From positions 55,056,001-55,120,000 of the forward strand of contig OX597819.1 of the NCBI GenBank assembly GCA_951406725.2: a DNA stretch of 64,000 bases. Direction: 5' to 3'. This document shows positions 1 through 13,286 of the stretch, in pieces. The notes beneath the pieces were generated by a model that did not search any database, was not told the origin of the DNA, and saw only the letters and a program-made list of their open reading frames with translations. Position 1 is the stretch's first letter; every line of letters begins with the position of its first letter. A program made the position numbers and the translations under genes. The DNA comes from Octopus vulgaris (lineage: Eukaryota).

Positions 1-370
1 ACGGAAAGGGTCTTGCTCCACCACACAAGCCCTTGCTTTCAATGGCTGCTAAGTGTGGTTGTGGCTTTGAACTGGTTGATTACACTCCCTTTTCTTCTGA
101 TTTGGCCCCATGTGACTACAACCTGTTCCTTAACATGAAAAAGCACTTGGTTAGGAACCAGTATCGCAGTGATGATGACGCCATATCTGATGTTAATTAC
201 TTTTTTGCGTAACTGGATAAAAGCTTCTTCCTCAATGGGATCCAAGTACTGCAACATCGTTGGAAGAAGTGTGTGGATCGCAAGAAAGACTATGTTGAAA
301 AATTAACCTCATGTGGTCACATTCCATGAGAGTATCGTGGTCAGCCTATGAACTTTTCAGCTGACCCTCG
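1..370 (+). mobile_element. mariner transposon 3' part (decayed transposase C-terminus and right TIR)
   Basis: Manual translation gives GFELVDYTPFSSDLAPCDYNLFLNMKKHL...HRWKKCVDRKKDYVEK (YSPDLAPxD-type motif, one internal stop). Ends in TIR-like ggtcagcctatgaacttttcagctgaccctcg followed by TA. A related TIR remnant lies at ~13102-13136. Confidence 0.9.
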
Positions 371-1536
371 TATAACTGAATTGATTGAAGTAACGCGAAA
401 TAAAATATCTTGCTCAGCTGACCTGTCCAGGAACTGAACGCACGAGCTTACGATTATGAACTGAAGCCTTTAATTTCTAGGCGTAGGCATCTTCACAAAT
501 ACGATATGCATGACATCTATATTATCAAACGTTAACGCAGTAATTCTGTATGCTTGAATTACATCATTTCATTTACCATGGCACATCAGGATTTCCAAAT
601 ACCATGAGTGTTTTGGTTTACCTTGAAATGTTTTACAACGAAATACCAGTATTCCCTGCTGATAATATGTAATTTAGGGAGTGTACTTATCTTATCCTTT
701 TTTTAAATTCATTTTTGCTGTTATTGTCCATTTACTTTCGTATGTTATATACTTTCTCAGTTCATCACGTGATTATCCAGATAGCATAATGTTATACAAG
801 TACGATGCTTTACTATTAAGTCGTTGCTAATTTTTCCTATCTTCTTTCCTCTGAAGACTGGTTCTTATATTACATTACCAAATTCTAAATTATGTTTAGC
901 TTACAGGATGTTATCTTTTCACATCTACTCACGAATGTACTCCATCAAAGTTGCCATGTACGCCATAGTAATAAAATATTTTGTGCAAAATTTATGACCT
1001 TATTTATTGAGCTACCTTATTTTCTCGCTCAGTAGAAGAGCCCCATGATTTCAATCTTAGAATATGTAAAAATCTAGTGATTTCACTTATGGTACAGAGA
1101 TCAGTCAGACAACGTCGTTTGTATCTTCACAAAGTTTGTTTTTAAATACTTGTATGTTTGGGAAAGATCACTGTGAAAGACAGATTGATAATAGGTTTGG
1201 AACATGGATAACATAAAAACTATCTAGTAGTTCTCAAACGCAAACAATAGATAAGAGCAAGTGGGGGAGACTTTGCGTAATTGATCGACCTTCAAGTAAT
1301 AGCAACCAGATCTCTCTCAAAGCACACTCCAATTATAATAGAACAGGACTTCTCGACTCATATTCGTTCAATTTACACACAGGTAGCTTTTTGAGATAAA
1401 TTCCGTCCCCCTCTCACTCTGTTATCTTCAGTTATTTGAGTTTAGCTCTTCTGCCACAATAAAACTTCAGGCGAAGAGGAAATTTAAAATACTGTTGTTA
1501 AGCATTGTTAATTGGAACACAAATAACTATTTCATA

Positions 1537-1745
1537 TTTTGGCTCAAGGCCAACGCTTTTCCTAGAGGCAAAGGGGGTTAGTCGATTGCATAGACCCCCA
1601 CTATTTGACTAGTATTCTATTTTGTCGACCCTCAAGGGATGACAGGCAAAGTTGACCTCGGCGGGATTTGAACTCAAAACGTAAAGAACCGGAAGAATTT
1701 CCACCAAGCACTTTGTCCGATGTGCTACCAATTCTTCCTGGTCAC
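1537..1745 (-). mobile_element. SINE family A, diverged copy
   Basis: Matches other copies in the window: ggcaaagttgacctcggcgggatttgaactc (reverse B-box) and the tail motif ggctcaaggcc. Confidence 0.8.
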
Positions 1746-1769
1746 CATCTTGTTTTACGCACATGCATA

Positions 1770-1981
1770 GGCACAGGCGCGGCTGTGTGGTAAGAAGTTT
1801 GCTTCCCAACTAATGGTTCCGAGTTCAGACCCACTGCGTGGCACCTTGGGCAAACGTCTTCTACTCTAGCCTTAGGTCGACCAAAATCTTGTGGGTAGAT
1901 TTGGTAGACAGAAACTGAAAGAAGCTCATCGTATATGTGTGTGTATGCGTATGCGTATGTGTGTGTGTGTGTTTGTGAGTG

Positions 1982-2021
<40 letters not shown>

Positions 2022-2207
2022 TCTCCCAACGCCACTTGACCACAAGTGTTGGTATGTTTATGTCCCTATAACTTAGCTCGGCAAGAGAGACAGAAAGAAT
2101 GGGTAATAGGCTTAAAAAAGTTCTGGGGTTGATCCATTTTACTAAAATTTCTTCAAGGCAGTGCCCCAGCATGGTCGCAGTCTAATGACTGAAACAAGTA
2201 AAGGATA
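1770..2207 (+). mobile_element. SINE family B (tRNA-like head, CORE-like block, internal microsatellite)
   Basis: Head ggctgtgtggtaagaag...gagttcagaccc, CORE-like gtggcaccttgggcaa, internal (GT)n and tail tgactgaaacaagtaaa. More than 8 copies in the window. Confidence 0.9.
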
Positions 2208-2257
2208 AAAAATAATGATGAACAAACACAGTCATCCGTGCACCAGATTACTATATT

Positions 2258-2470
2258 ACGGCAAGCTGGTGGAATTGTCAGCGCGTCGAACTAAATGCTT
2301 AGCAACCTAACTTCAGGGTCTTTATGTTCTGTTTTTAAATCTCTCTATGGCCAACTTTACCTTTCATCCCTTCAGGGGTCAATAAAATAAAGCACCAGTC
2401 AATCAAATACCGAGGTCGATGTAATCGCCATGTCCCCGCCCCTCAAAAAATGATGGCCTGGCCTTGAATC
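2258..2470 (+). mobile_element. SINE family A, diverged copy
   Basis: Contains ctttcatcccttcaggggtcaataaa and ggtcgatgtaatcg, shared with family A. Confidence 0.7.
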
Positions 2471-2479
2471 CTGCATTGA

Positions 2480-3005
2480 CTCGGCGGCGTCCCATTCAAG
2501 AGGAATGTAGTGATCTCGGCCAGTAATAAACCCATTTGCATACAACCAATCAGAGCTCAAAACGAAGAACGGTGTTGTAAGTCGACTGATCGCCAAGTTA
2601 TGCCTGATTTTAGAAAGAGACAAGTAATTAGATAGATTGGCATCTATACCTATTATCGAATTTTGTTAGGGCCCTATACGGTAAAGATGAGGATGGGAAA
2701 AATGTTGGTAGAGGGTGATGTGCTCGCAACCCTCTCCCCTTACTGCTTTACAAAGTAAACAACAACACAAATAACTACGCAGAGGCAGCCATGGTTGAAA
2801 CAAGAACAAGAACAACAAGCATTCTTTAAAGAGAAAAGAAGCATGGTCATTCCTTATCCAAGTGACCTTATCTTATCGCTCATCACTTGTTATGCGCAGA
2901 TAAATTAGTTTAATTGTTGAGCTCCGATTGGCTGTATGCAAATGAGTTCATGACTGGGGTCCGGAACTCACGTGGGAAAATTTTTTCGCAGACGGGACAC
3001 CGGTC
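2480..3005. mobile_element. putative MITE with long imperfect inverted repeats
   Basis: ccagtaataaacccatttgcatacaaccaatcagagctcaa (2520-2560) is the imperfect reverse complement of ttgagctccgattggctgtatgcaaatgagttcatgactgg (2917-2957). Weaker similarity extends outward. Confidence 0.6.
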
Positions 3006-3019
3006 CATCACATGATTAC

Positions 3020-3150
3020 CAAATTTTGTCAGCTGAGTGAACTGGAGCAACGTGAAATGCAGTGTTTTGCTCAAGAACACAACGCGCCGCCCGGTCGAAG
3101 TTTCGAAACCACAATCTTACGATCATGAGTCCAACCCCTATCAACTAAGC
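3020..3150 (-). mobile_element. SINE family C 5' part (tRNA-like head)
   Basis: Reverse complement of the head at 32868 and 58882 (cagctgagtgaactggagcaacgtgaaat...gctcaagaacacaacgcg). Confidence 0.8.
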
Positions 3151-3154
3151 TGTA

Positions 3155-3715
3155 TCTATTATATAAAATCGTTCTGTCTGTCTGTGTGTGTGTCTTCTAG
3201 GATCTCGGGCATCCTCCATCCGATTGCGCTCAAATTTGTTATGTAGATACCGACTGTATCAGGGCGTGTATAAGTTTTGAAAAAATTACAAAAATCGATT
3301 CTAGGTGAGAATGCGATCGATAAAGCCGTGGGAACGTGCATTTGTACGCACAAGTACATCAGTTGTTGCGATGTACTGACTAGAAGTTTAAACTCTTCGG
3401 TTGCATATTTGTATGAATAAAATCGTTTTTCTTTGGAATAGAAAAAAGTCTATCTTTATTTCTTCTTTTGCTGGTGTCTCAAATTCGGGTTAAATCAGTG
3501 TTTCTCAAAGGGGCTGCCTATGGGACGGTCGGACAAGTTGTTTTGAGAAAATTTGGTTTAAATGTTTGACAACTCAGCACCGTCCATTGGACGCGGGGTG
3601 GGGCTTTTGCTCGTACAATATAGATCATTAAATCCGAAGTGACGGAAAGGCAGGAAAAAAAAGTGTTTCTATTTCATTTATATATTTATTGGCATTCCTT
3701 CGGTATTGGTTTAGA
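3155..3715 (+). mobile_element. non-autonomous Helitron-like element, 5' part
   Basis: Starts A|TCTATTATATAAAA followed by a ctgtctgtctgtgtg tract, typical of Helitron 5' ends. No clear hairpin/CTAG 3' end was found, so the right boundary is uncertain. Confidence 0.5.
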
Positions 3716-4025
3716 GAGTGCAGGTATGCATAGACGACATCATTCACCCTCTATTTCACCATAGCCCCCTTTATCTATATCCTGAGAGAAGGTTGTGTGG
3801 GTGAATGACATCGTGTACCAATATCGAAGGCCTGCCTATTCATTTGTTTGTTTATTTATTTTCCCACTAATAGGCCTACTTCCAGCTTTCTTGTCAATCA
3901 CAAAATTTCTTAACGAAATTATAATTGAAGAAAACAAAATAAGTACAAATCCAGAATCAACAAATCTAGTCGAAATTTACTCCCTTGGGAACCCTTGCAG
4001 CATAAGAGAAAAACTGTTACTAAAT

Positions 4026-4085
<60 letters not shown>
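4026..4085. repeat. (TAC)n microsatellite
   Basis: Perfect trinucleotide run. Confidence 0.98.
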
Positions 4086-4304
4086 AGATATTTAACCTTA
4101 TTGATACCAACCCTCCTGAGACCACCCATCCTGGCTCTATGATATAAATTTCCTGTTTTAAAGCTGATCTAATCAAAACCTCCCATCAAAATTTTCTTGT
4201 TAATTTGAATTCCAAACATCAGCTTAAGCAATGTCGTTTTTATTTTAATAAATTCTTCGTTATTTTCGAAATTAATTGAAAAAAAGCGGTGTATTCCAAC
4301 AGAA

Positions 4305-4515
4305 ATGTGGTGCGAAATATGAACAACAACATATGGACCACCAGGGTGACGGGGATGAACACCATGACAATGGACAAGATCAAGAGGCCGACTAAAGACA
4401 AGATAGCGAGATGATCTTACCCGCCACCTGGGGCCTACATGGCTACAACTGGCCAGAAACAGACAACGGTGGCATGGAATCCAACAGAGGGGCTCTTTTT
4501 TCAGGAATGATGAAT
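4305..4515 (+). mobile_element. RTE-like LINE 3' fragment
   Basis: Degenerate translation ..WTTRVT../..WTRSRGRLKTR*RDDLTRHLGPTWLQLARNRQRW resembles the RTE ORF C-terminus (RxRGRPxxRWxDD...W...A.DR..W). Confidence 0.7.
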
Positions 4516-4635
4516 TTCTGGTATTGGATGGTATTGAAAGTGTGAATTTAAGACCGTCGCTGAAAGTACAGTCGAAGAAAAGAAATATGCATTGGTTTTT
4601 AAATACCGTCAGTTATAAAAATCAGGCGTTAAACT

Positions 4636-5062
4636 CAGGGCCGGATTAAGACCCATAGAGGCCCTAAGCACTTAAAAGATTTTGGTGCTCCTATAAAAGA
4701 TTATATAATTCAAAATATAAACATTAACAAAGCAGAAAATATGTTTTTATTTTTCGAAACGAAACAAAACAGTAAAATGGAAAATAATGTTTATTTTTGT
4801 ATACTTCCACTTTATTTATATTTGAAAAGTTTCCTCCTACGTTTTTGAATTGCAAAGTCTTTGATCAGATCCTCAGAATTAATCTTAGGTAACACATCTG
4901 CATCTATACTTAGTAGAGATAAAGGCATCCCGAATATTACTTTAGCAAGTTTAAAGTGATTTTTTTAATGCTGTAAATCATTAAACTTTTTTGTGTGGTA
5001 CCTCCTCTTTCCCTTGATGCCCTAAGAACGTGTCTATTTTCTTAACGGTTATTCCAGCGTTG
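4636..5062 (-). mobile_element. non-autonomous hAT element with 8-bp TSD
   Basis: TSD gttaaact at 4628-4635 and 5063-5070. TIRs cagggccggattaa / ttattccagcgttg. Internal minus-strand remnant LSLLSIDADVLPKINSEDLIKDFAIQKRR resembles a hAT C-terminus. Confidence 0.85.
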
Positions 5063-5809
5063 GTTAAACTGTAAGAGAGAATAAACCTAAACTGTAAAAT
5101 AGTTAAAAGTGAAAATCTAACTTAGTTGAACAACGGAAATTTTCTTACTAATAGATGTTAACCTGGAATAACCACTTCAAAAGCCTGAACGCTTTGCCAA
5201 ATGCGTGTATCGTTGATCTAGGGGACAGTAATATGAAACCTATGATATGCGTGTCAGTAGTGACACGCAGCGGTTTTTTCTTTTCTTTTTTCTTCTTCTT
5301 TAGGTGAAAGGCGATGGACTTTGAAAAGAAGTCTCCCGGCAATATTAAGTTATTAAAAGTTTATCTTGAGGCATTTATATCGGAAACTAATGTATACACA
5401 CATACACGCTTAAGTGTGTGTGATTGTGTATGTGTATGTATATGTGTATATGTGTAAGTGCATATGTATATGTGTATGTTTGTAAGCGCATAAGTGTGTG
5501 TGTGTACACCCTGTCGGGGTTTACATTTTCTTTTTTACAAGTCCTTATTAGTGTCAGCATACGCACATCAATTTCCGAGTAATCAAAAAAAAAAAAAAGA
5601 AATAGAAAAGAAAAGAAAAATAGACTTCTGCTTTCTACTAAGAATAAAAGATCACCTGGGCAAGCGAACATTACAGCTTGTTTCCATAACAAGCTTCAAC
5701 CTCATGACAGTCTGTTATTATTTGAAAAAAAGAAGAAAAAGAAGAAAAACTTCCAAATACCCAAACACTAATACAATACTTCAGAGCACTACTGCAATAA
5801 TAACCTAAG

Positions 5810-6285
5810 TGGAGGCGCAATAGCCCAGTGGTTAGGGCAGAGGACTCGTGGTCGTAAGAACGCGGTTTCGATTTCCAGACCGGGCATTGTGAGTGTTTAT
5901 TGAGCAAAAATACATAAGTTCCACGAGGCTCAACTTTCTCTCACTCTTTCTTCCTACTTCTGCCACAAAGTGGTGTAACTCACTATGGTGTGGTAAACTT
6001 TCAGACCCTAGTCTAGATTGCGAATCCTCTGTACCCCAGGATGGTTCAGCTCTCCACCCGTTAAAAGCCACCGTTTACGGAATGAGGATGACAACGTAGC
6101 TTTCGCGCCCGTGCAACCGCCAGTCTACCGCGTGTGGTGGGTGGATCTTCAAGTTGCCACACACATTCTTAGTAGTTTAGAGTAGGCTCGAATGAGAGAT
6201 TATTCTTTGTGGCTAATGGCGTGAGTCCTGAGAAGAAGAAGAAGAAGAAGAAGAAGAAGAAGAAGAAGAAGAAGAAGAAGAAGAA
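5810..6285 (+). mobile_element. SINE family D with (GAA)n tail
   Basis: tRNA-like head tagcccagtggttagggcag...ggtttcgatttcc; the same head occurs reversed at ~33435-33543. Ends in (GAA)n at 6230-6284. Confidence 0.7.
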
Positions 6286-6399
6286 AACAATGTAAAAACA
6301 CCATCCCTCGTCACTAAGTTTAGACTAGCAAAATGGCGCATACATCTAGATATAACTACAGTATTCTGTGTGTTTCTCATGATAATCCTATATTAGATT

Positions 6400-6609
6400 C
6401 AAAGTTTGACACGAGGTCAACATTTTGGTGGGAGAGCGCAAGTCAATTAGATCGACCCCAGCGTTCAACTGGTCCCTATTTTATCGACCCCGAAAGTATG
6501 AAAGGCGAAGTCGATCCTGGCGGCAATTTGAACTCAAAACAGAAAGTCGGAAGAAATGCCACTAAGCATATTGTCTGGCGTGCTAACGATTCTGCCAGCT
6601 TGCCGCCTT
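6400..6609 (-). mobile_element. SINE family A
   Basis: Contains atcgaccccgaaagtatgaaaggcgaagtcga...gctaacgattctgccagcttgccgcc. Confidence 0.88.
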
Positions 6610-6984
6610 AAAATGATGATATTGTAATATTACCACGTATATAGCCAAGGGAAGGCGCTGACTTAGCTATATTCATGCCAGGAGCTGTGATGCTCCCCGT
6701 TAACAATAATCGCACTGGAGCAGGTAACAGTCTAGCTCTGACCGAATCCAACTCTGCCCCTCTCCGCTACAGTTGATCGCTAGAATCTATGGATGCACAG
6801 AAAGGGAGTGAATGGGGAAGAGAGTAGAATATATGTAATTATACACTGCAACCCTATAGAAATGTGATCTGCATATCAAAGCGTGTAGGATGGTCCTTAA
6901 CCAGGCAGAAACATGGTATTATTGTCCAGATGCAGTTGAAGATACGTCTCCTGGTTCGGCCGACTACATATGTAATATAGAGCG

Positions 6985-7080
6985 GCCGACCACGGGCGTA
7001 ACACGGACGCATGGCGGGCGTATGACGGGCGTATGGCGGGCGTATCGCGAGTGTGTTACGGACGTATTGGGGGCGTGACG
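6985..7080. repeat. GC-rich ~11-bp degenerate tandem repeat
   Basis: Units cacgggcgtaa, cacggacgcat, ggcgggcgtat, gacgggcgtat, ggcgggcgtat. Confidence 0.8.
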
Positions 7081-8050
7081 TGGATTTTAGCCGACCTGTG
7101 TGATAACTAAATTAGCTTTCGCCTTCTGTAAAACGTAACATACCTTTAGCTGTGACCAACCGGCTGACCAATGTCCTGTGAGTGAATTTAGTAGACTGAA
7201 ACTGAAAGTATCTCAGTCATACACACACACACACACATACACACAAACACATACACACACATAGACACGCACTTACGCAGAAAGAGAGAGAGCGAGAGAG
7301 AGAGAGAGGGAACGACACACAGGCAGACAGATACACGCATACATATATGTGAGTATATCTCTGTGTTTGTCCACCCCATCACTTCATAACCGGTTCAACT
7401 GAACCCTACAAACCGGTGCTCCAGCATGGCAGCCGTCCAATAACTGAAACGAAGAAAGAAGTGAAAATTGCTGAAATAAAATAAGAGCAATTCTTGTTAT
7501 TTTCCATATGTTTCTTATCCTTTAAAAATCTGGAATCTAGGGAAAAGCGGTTGAGCATCGAGTTGATAAAATAAATACCTTACGTTATTTCGTTTCGTAT
7601 CGCGGGGCGGGGTTTGGCTGAACTCATCATCTCACAGGTTTGTGAAAACAATGGAAGGTAAACCTATCTGTTTATCATGCAATCTTATCTCGCCGTGAAA
7701 AATAAAACAAAGGATTGATTACACTAGATGTGTTAATCTCTCCGAGCGTAGTTAAAGGTAAATCACGCTGAAGATTCTACTGCTTTTTCTAGCATAACGG
7801 GTTGATCGACCGCATAGAGTCTACCGTTGGTTTGCTTTGCTGCAATTTCATAGGTTAATATCTAACTCAGTTTTAACAAGAACGATACCGCAAATAGATG
7901 TATATTCCAGACTTTCTTGCTAAATAAATCAATAAATGATGCAGGTTTAGTCATAAAAGAACCGGAAACTAGACTCAAATCCAATCGGGGGGTACGGTGT
8001 TCTACAGTGGCAGTGGTACGGTGTTCTTGGGTTGGCAGTCTGCATGTTAA

Positions 8051-8081
<31 letters not shown>

Positions 8082-8624
8082 ATACAGAAATAAATAATTT
8101 AATCTAATGTTTTAAGTTCAAAGTTTATCAATATATTTTCATTTGTTGAAAGAAATTTTCAACATGCTTGCTTTCTTCATTATTTATCATTTATTCTATA
8201 CCATAACACGCATACACACACACACATACTTATAAAGACAGATACATACTACGCTTATACATATATAAGATAGATGTATGCATATATATACACAGACACA
8301 TACACACACCAAGAAAAACGTTTTACTGTATTTCCCAGCTTACTCATATGACAGCTAACTGCTATTGAACACTTCATCCTCACATTTACATTTTCCTCGT
8401 ATCGCTGATGTTTTTCTCTCTTTCCCCCCTCTCTCTTTGCCTTTCTTGCTGTTAATCTTATTCGCTCTCTCTCTCTCTCGCTCTCGCTTTTTCTCTCATA
8501 CTCTAGTTCTCGTTCTCTTTTCTCCGTTCTCTCTCCATCCCTCACTCCGTGCCTTTTCTTTCTCGCGTTAGTTTCTCATTCGTTTTTCCTTTCTCCCCCT
8601 CCCTCTTCCACTAGTCTTAGCCAG

Positions 8625-8665
<41 letters not shown>

Positions 8666-9141
8666 TACACACTCACACATTTCACTTTCATATTCGATTC
8701 TTTCTTTCTCTATCTCTACCTATATTTTTTCTCTCACTCTCTCACTCTCTCCCTCTTTCTTTTCTCCCCCTCTCTCCTTATGCCCGCCTCTCTGTTTTTC
8801 TTTATGGAGACAAAAGAAAAAAAGAACAAACAACAAACATCTAAAAAGCAATAATAACAAAAACGAGCTTTCTTTGTTAGTTTTTGTTTGTAAACAAAAC
8901 AAATAACAGGTGTCGCTGATGTGGCAATCACAGTGTTATGAGAGAAGACAAGACTTCTGTATGCATGAAACATATACATAAATATATATAAGCCAAGCTA
9001 CTCAGTTTGAAACAGACACTAATACAGAAAGTTAGATATATTTCTTACTTAAGTTTCCTGGACAAGACAAACGGGAAGAGCGTTATTACGAAGACGAGTA
9101 GAATCTGAAAGTCTAAACAAATTAGTCTTTTTTTTCTTAAA

Positions 9142-9489
9142 TCTCTCTATATATGGCAGGTTTGGTAGCCTTCAACTAACACTATCTCCTCCGAGACCCT
9201 GCGGCGCAAGTTGACCAAAATTGAGAGTATGATAGAAGAAGGCTTGCTCTTCCTTCCGTAGAAGAAAAAATTCAAATAGGACCATGTTAACACCAAAAAT
9301 TATTTACATCAAAAAGGTGCTTTTTTTTCTATGAAAATCCCTATTTTTTAACCATTTTTCGGTGTATTTCAACCAGAAAAATGTTCACTTAAAGTGAATA
9401 ACAAGCTACATAATGCAAAATTTTTACTTTTCAAAAATTCCAATTCTAAAGGGTCGAAACAAACCCGAGCAACGCCGGGCGATACTGCT

Positions 9490-9491
<2 letters not shown>
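9142..9491 (+). mobile_element. non-autonomous Helitron (both ends visible)
   Basis: 5' end A|TCTCTCTATATA. Subterminal hairpin cccgagcaacgccggg (9464-9479), then CTAG|T. Confidence 0.8.
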
Positions 9492-9549
<58 letters not shown>

Positions 9550-9744
9550 TAAAATTATAATAATAATAATAATAATGATAAATTCTTTTACTTGCCACAA
9601 GGCTATCAGATGAAGAATGACTTTACATGAACAGTTTACATCAATTTGTGTGGGAATTTAACATATAAAGACGATGGGAAGAAACAGAGAGGAAAAGGGG
9701 ATCAGATTAATAGTATAGAGAGTATACAAAATATGCTAATGGCT

Positions 9745-10495
9745 ATGACTGTGTGGTAGGAAGTTTGCTTCCAAACCTCATGGTTCTGAGCTCATTCCCA
9801 CTACGTTGCCCCTTGGACAAGTGTCTTCTACTATATATCTCGGGATTTGGTTGATGGAAACTGAAAGAAGCTCGTCGTATTGGAAACGGAAAGAAGCCCG
9901 TCGTATTTACAATATAGAATTGTGATGAACCATAACCTTGGACTCTGCCATAAGAATACTTCGAGTTTTTTTTTTTTTTTACTAATCCAGATAATATTGC
10001 TTTCTACTGTAGGCACAAGGCCTGAAATTTGGTGGGAGATGGGCCAGTCGATTACATCGGCTCCAGTACACAACTGGTACTTATTTTATCGACCCTGAAA
10101 CGATGAATGGCAAAGTCGACCTCGGCGGAATTTGAACGTAAGACAAGCAAAATAACGCTAAGCATTTCACCCGGAGTGCTAACGATTCTGCCAGCTCGCC
10201 GCCTTGAGAGTTTATGAAGTATTTTACCCTGATTGCTAATCCCTCACTATTAGCTATATATGTGTGTGTGTGTGGGGGGCATGTCTTTGTGTCTGTGTTT
10301 GCATACCACCACCACCACCACCATCACTTGACAACCGGTGTCGGTGTGTTTATATCCACATTACATAGTGGTTCGGCAATATAAACCGATAGAATAAGTA
10401 CCAAGCATAAAAAGATAAATTCTGAAGTCGACTAAAATTCTTCAAGGCGGTGTTCCAGCATGGCCGCAGTTAAATGACTGAACCAAGTAAAAGAT
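9745..10495 (+). mobile_element. SINE family B interrupted at its microsatellite site
   Basis: 5' half ends at gaagcccgtcgta (~9905); 3' half resumes at ~10255. The gap contains a family A copy plus other sequence. Confidence 0.8.
9998..10204 (-). mobile_element. SINE family A nested in family B
   Basis: Full head (ctgccagctcgccgcc on +) and tail-2 (tttctactgtaggcacaaggcc). Confidence 0.9.
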
Positions 10496-12057
10496 AAACA
10501 AAGAAAAATATTAAAGATACATGGATGATGCAGTCCTCCCGGTTCAGTAGAGCCTCAAACTAAGGCTAATCAAGGAACTCCGCAGATACAGGATCGCTCT
10601 GACCAGCGAGAACACAAGCCTTCGCCCAGCTGTTGTCCTCCAGTCTACAAAGGCATGCTTTGAGAAGTTCCATTCACCCTAACCAATTTTTCCTATAGTC
10701 ACCCACCTTTTCATAAATCTGCTCAAAGAGAGAGAGAGAGGGAGAGAGAGCGCTTCCTTCTTCATCCTAACTTTCCTTTCCAAGTGGAACTCAAAAAGTT
10801 TGATGAGGGTTTAACTGAACAGGAAAGTGTATGTCCTCAACCCTTTCAGTTTCGTCTACTACGCAACCTCTTTCCTAATAAACAGAGAAATACCACCAGC
10901 TCCGCAGAGTTTAAAGGCAAGTGGTGGGGCCATCCTCAAAATCAGAAACGTTTCACCATCCCATTTTCCTTTTATTTTTCTCATACAGGTTTTCTAAAAC
11001 GACGTCATCCGTTGTTTACTTCTTTTTTATCATTTAAAATAAAAACAATTGGAATGAGATCTTGACTGTTATTTCTAGCTGGTCATAAAGCAGCTCTATA
11101 AACAAGCGGTTCACCTAGTTGGTAATTTCGAAGTTTTAGAATCATTTTAGAGGGTGTGGTCTTGTTAGCATGTCTAACGTCTCTAATCGGTTCTTTGATA
11201 TTATTAGTAATGTTCGCTGCATTGCAAGTATTCAGACGAATCGCCCTTGGTTTTATTTGCAGTCATTGGTTCACGGATGTTCGAGCTGGCCATCGGCAAC
11301 ATCAATCTCATCAGTTTAGAATGTGAGGCCGGTCGTCCAGTGCAATCCTTTCTCAATATAATCCAAATCCAGCGCAAGACAAGACTTGAGTTTCTAAAAA
11401 AAAAAGAAAAAAAAAGAACAAAGCAAAACCTTGAATAGACTGTCGGACCTTTGTATCGGCTATCAGGATATCACCCTCGGCTATGACAATGAAATACCGC
11501 CATTTCTTTGGCTTCCTTGCTGGTGAGGGTACACGGAATATGTAGCAAAGGTGGCATCAGTTGCGATTCTCTAGTCACCCGTGTGGTTGTGTCCTCTGCA
11601 GTAAATTGATATCTAGGAGGTGAGGAATTAGTGACCTTTGAAATGGAAAAATGAACGTGAAATTTATCGCCCCACAAAAGATTAAAAGCAGGGTTGATCT
11701 CGGCGATAAAATCACTGAAGGTCGCAGCTAAATATCGCAAGACATTTTGCCCAACAATTCTGGCAATTCAAAGGTCTTCGGTGTTCCCCTTTCCCCTGAT
11801 TAACTGATGGAAACAAGGAACATTGTTATTGTTGAAATGCAAAGTAATGTCGCGTGCTACGTTCCACCATGATATCGAAGTAATTATTAAATATGGAATC
11901 TAACTTTTTTTCGGAAAGCGCAGGTGTAGCTGTGTGGTAAGAAGTTTGCTTCCCAACCATATGGTACCGGCTTCAGTCCCACTGCGTGGCACCTTGGGCA
12001 AGTGTCTTCGTGTTTTGCAAGATTCCTGATGTGAAATCGTATGTTGAAACAGATATT

Positions 12058-12264
12058 TTTTTCTACTCTAGGCACAAGGCACAACATTTTGGAGGAGGAA
12101 GGCTAGTCGATTAGATCGACCCCAGTACGCAACTGGTACTTAATTTCTCAACCCCGAAAGGATGAAAAGCAAAGTCAACCTCGGCGGAATTTGAACTCAA
12201 AACGTAAAGACAGACGTAATACCGCTAAGCCCGGCGTGCTAACGATTCTACCAGCTCGCCGCCT
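12058..12264 (-). mobile_element. SINE family A
   Basis: Same head and tail-2 as other copies. A truncated family B head lies just upstream at 11917-12010. Confidence 0.9.
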
Positions 12265-12316
12265 TCTGTTAAAACAGATATTGTTATATTTCGGGATGGT
12301 TAATTACTTTTATTTT

Positions 12317-12581
12317 TTTTTGCCGGATAAACACACGTCCTCGCTATTCACTTCAACTGTCCTTTGGGAATCTCTTGTCATACATCCTGTCACCTCTTCA
12401 GCGACTGTCCATCCCACGTGCCTCCTCCTGTCCAATTTAGAAAATGGACTAAACAGGATAGGAGGAGACACGTGGGATGGAGAGTCGTTAAGAGGTCACA
12501 GGATGTAACGACAAAAGATTTTAAGCAAAAGGCACAAATAATAACAACAACAACAATAATAATAGCAATAATAATAATAGC

Positions 12582-12653
<72 letters not shown>

Positions 12654-12699
12654 CCGAAGTGAAGAAACAGTCTCTAAATACGTGTTTATTTGGCAAAAA
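12317..12699. repeat. foldback/MITE-like inverted repeat containing an (AAT)n tract
   Basis: 12369-12433 pairs with 12456-12520 (tccatcccacgtgcctcctcctgtcc / ggataggaggagacacgtgggatgga). Outer tttttgccggataaacac pairs imperfectly with gtgtttatttggcaaaaa. Confidence 0.8.
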
Positions 12700-13286
12700 T
12701 ATATAACAATGTATATATATGGAAAAAATATTATTTCTAAATCTCTCAATGAAAGACATTCAGTAACAGTACTCTAAAGTAAAGATTGTTTGCCAACATA
12801 ATGTGGCAGTCACGGTTGGGACGAATGTTACTGTTATTTAACCTCAACAAACATCGTTTCCAGTTGGCTATACAACACACATCTTTACTTTAGAGTTCTG
12901 TTACTGAATTTCTGCAAGTACTTGATAACACCATGATACCAAATTTTGTCGATTTTCAAGAGAAATCGCTACTAGTTACGTTTGAAGTGTTCTTTGAACA
13001 ATGAGATGTCAGTTTACCTGGAAAGAAACAACGCAGTTATCAATAAGAAGAATTAAAATTAATGCATGCAAGATTTCAGAGTCCTAGTATCACGCCTTCA
13101 TAGTCAGCCTATGAACTTTTCTGCCGCCCACCCTCATTATTGACTAGCCCCTTCCCTCGTATTCTTAATACACTCCGGCAGATTCGAAGATGAACATGAT
13201 AATCGCGTTGTGTTTCGTCATAGAACAACTTCTCCTTTACAATGAATGTGTGTTCATAACTCTTCCATTTTATTAGCACGAAGGAG

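Noticed and set aside
11270-11320. Minus-strand CUGAUGAG...CUCGAAC hammerhead
   Set aside because: GAAA is broken, and no helix I partner or NUH site was found.
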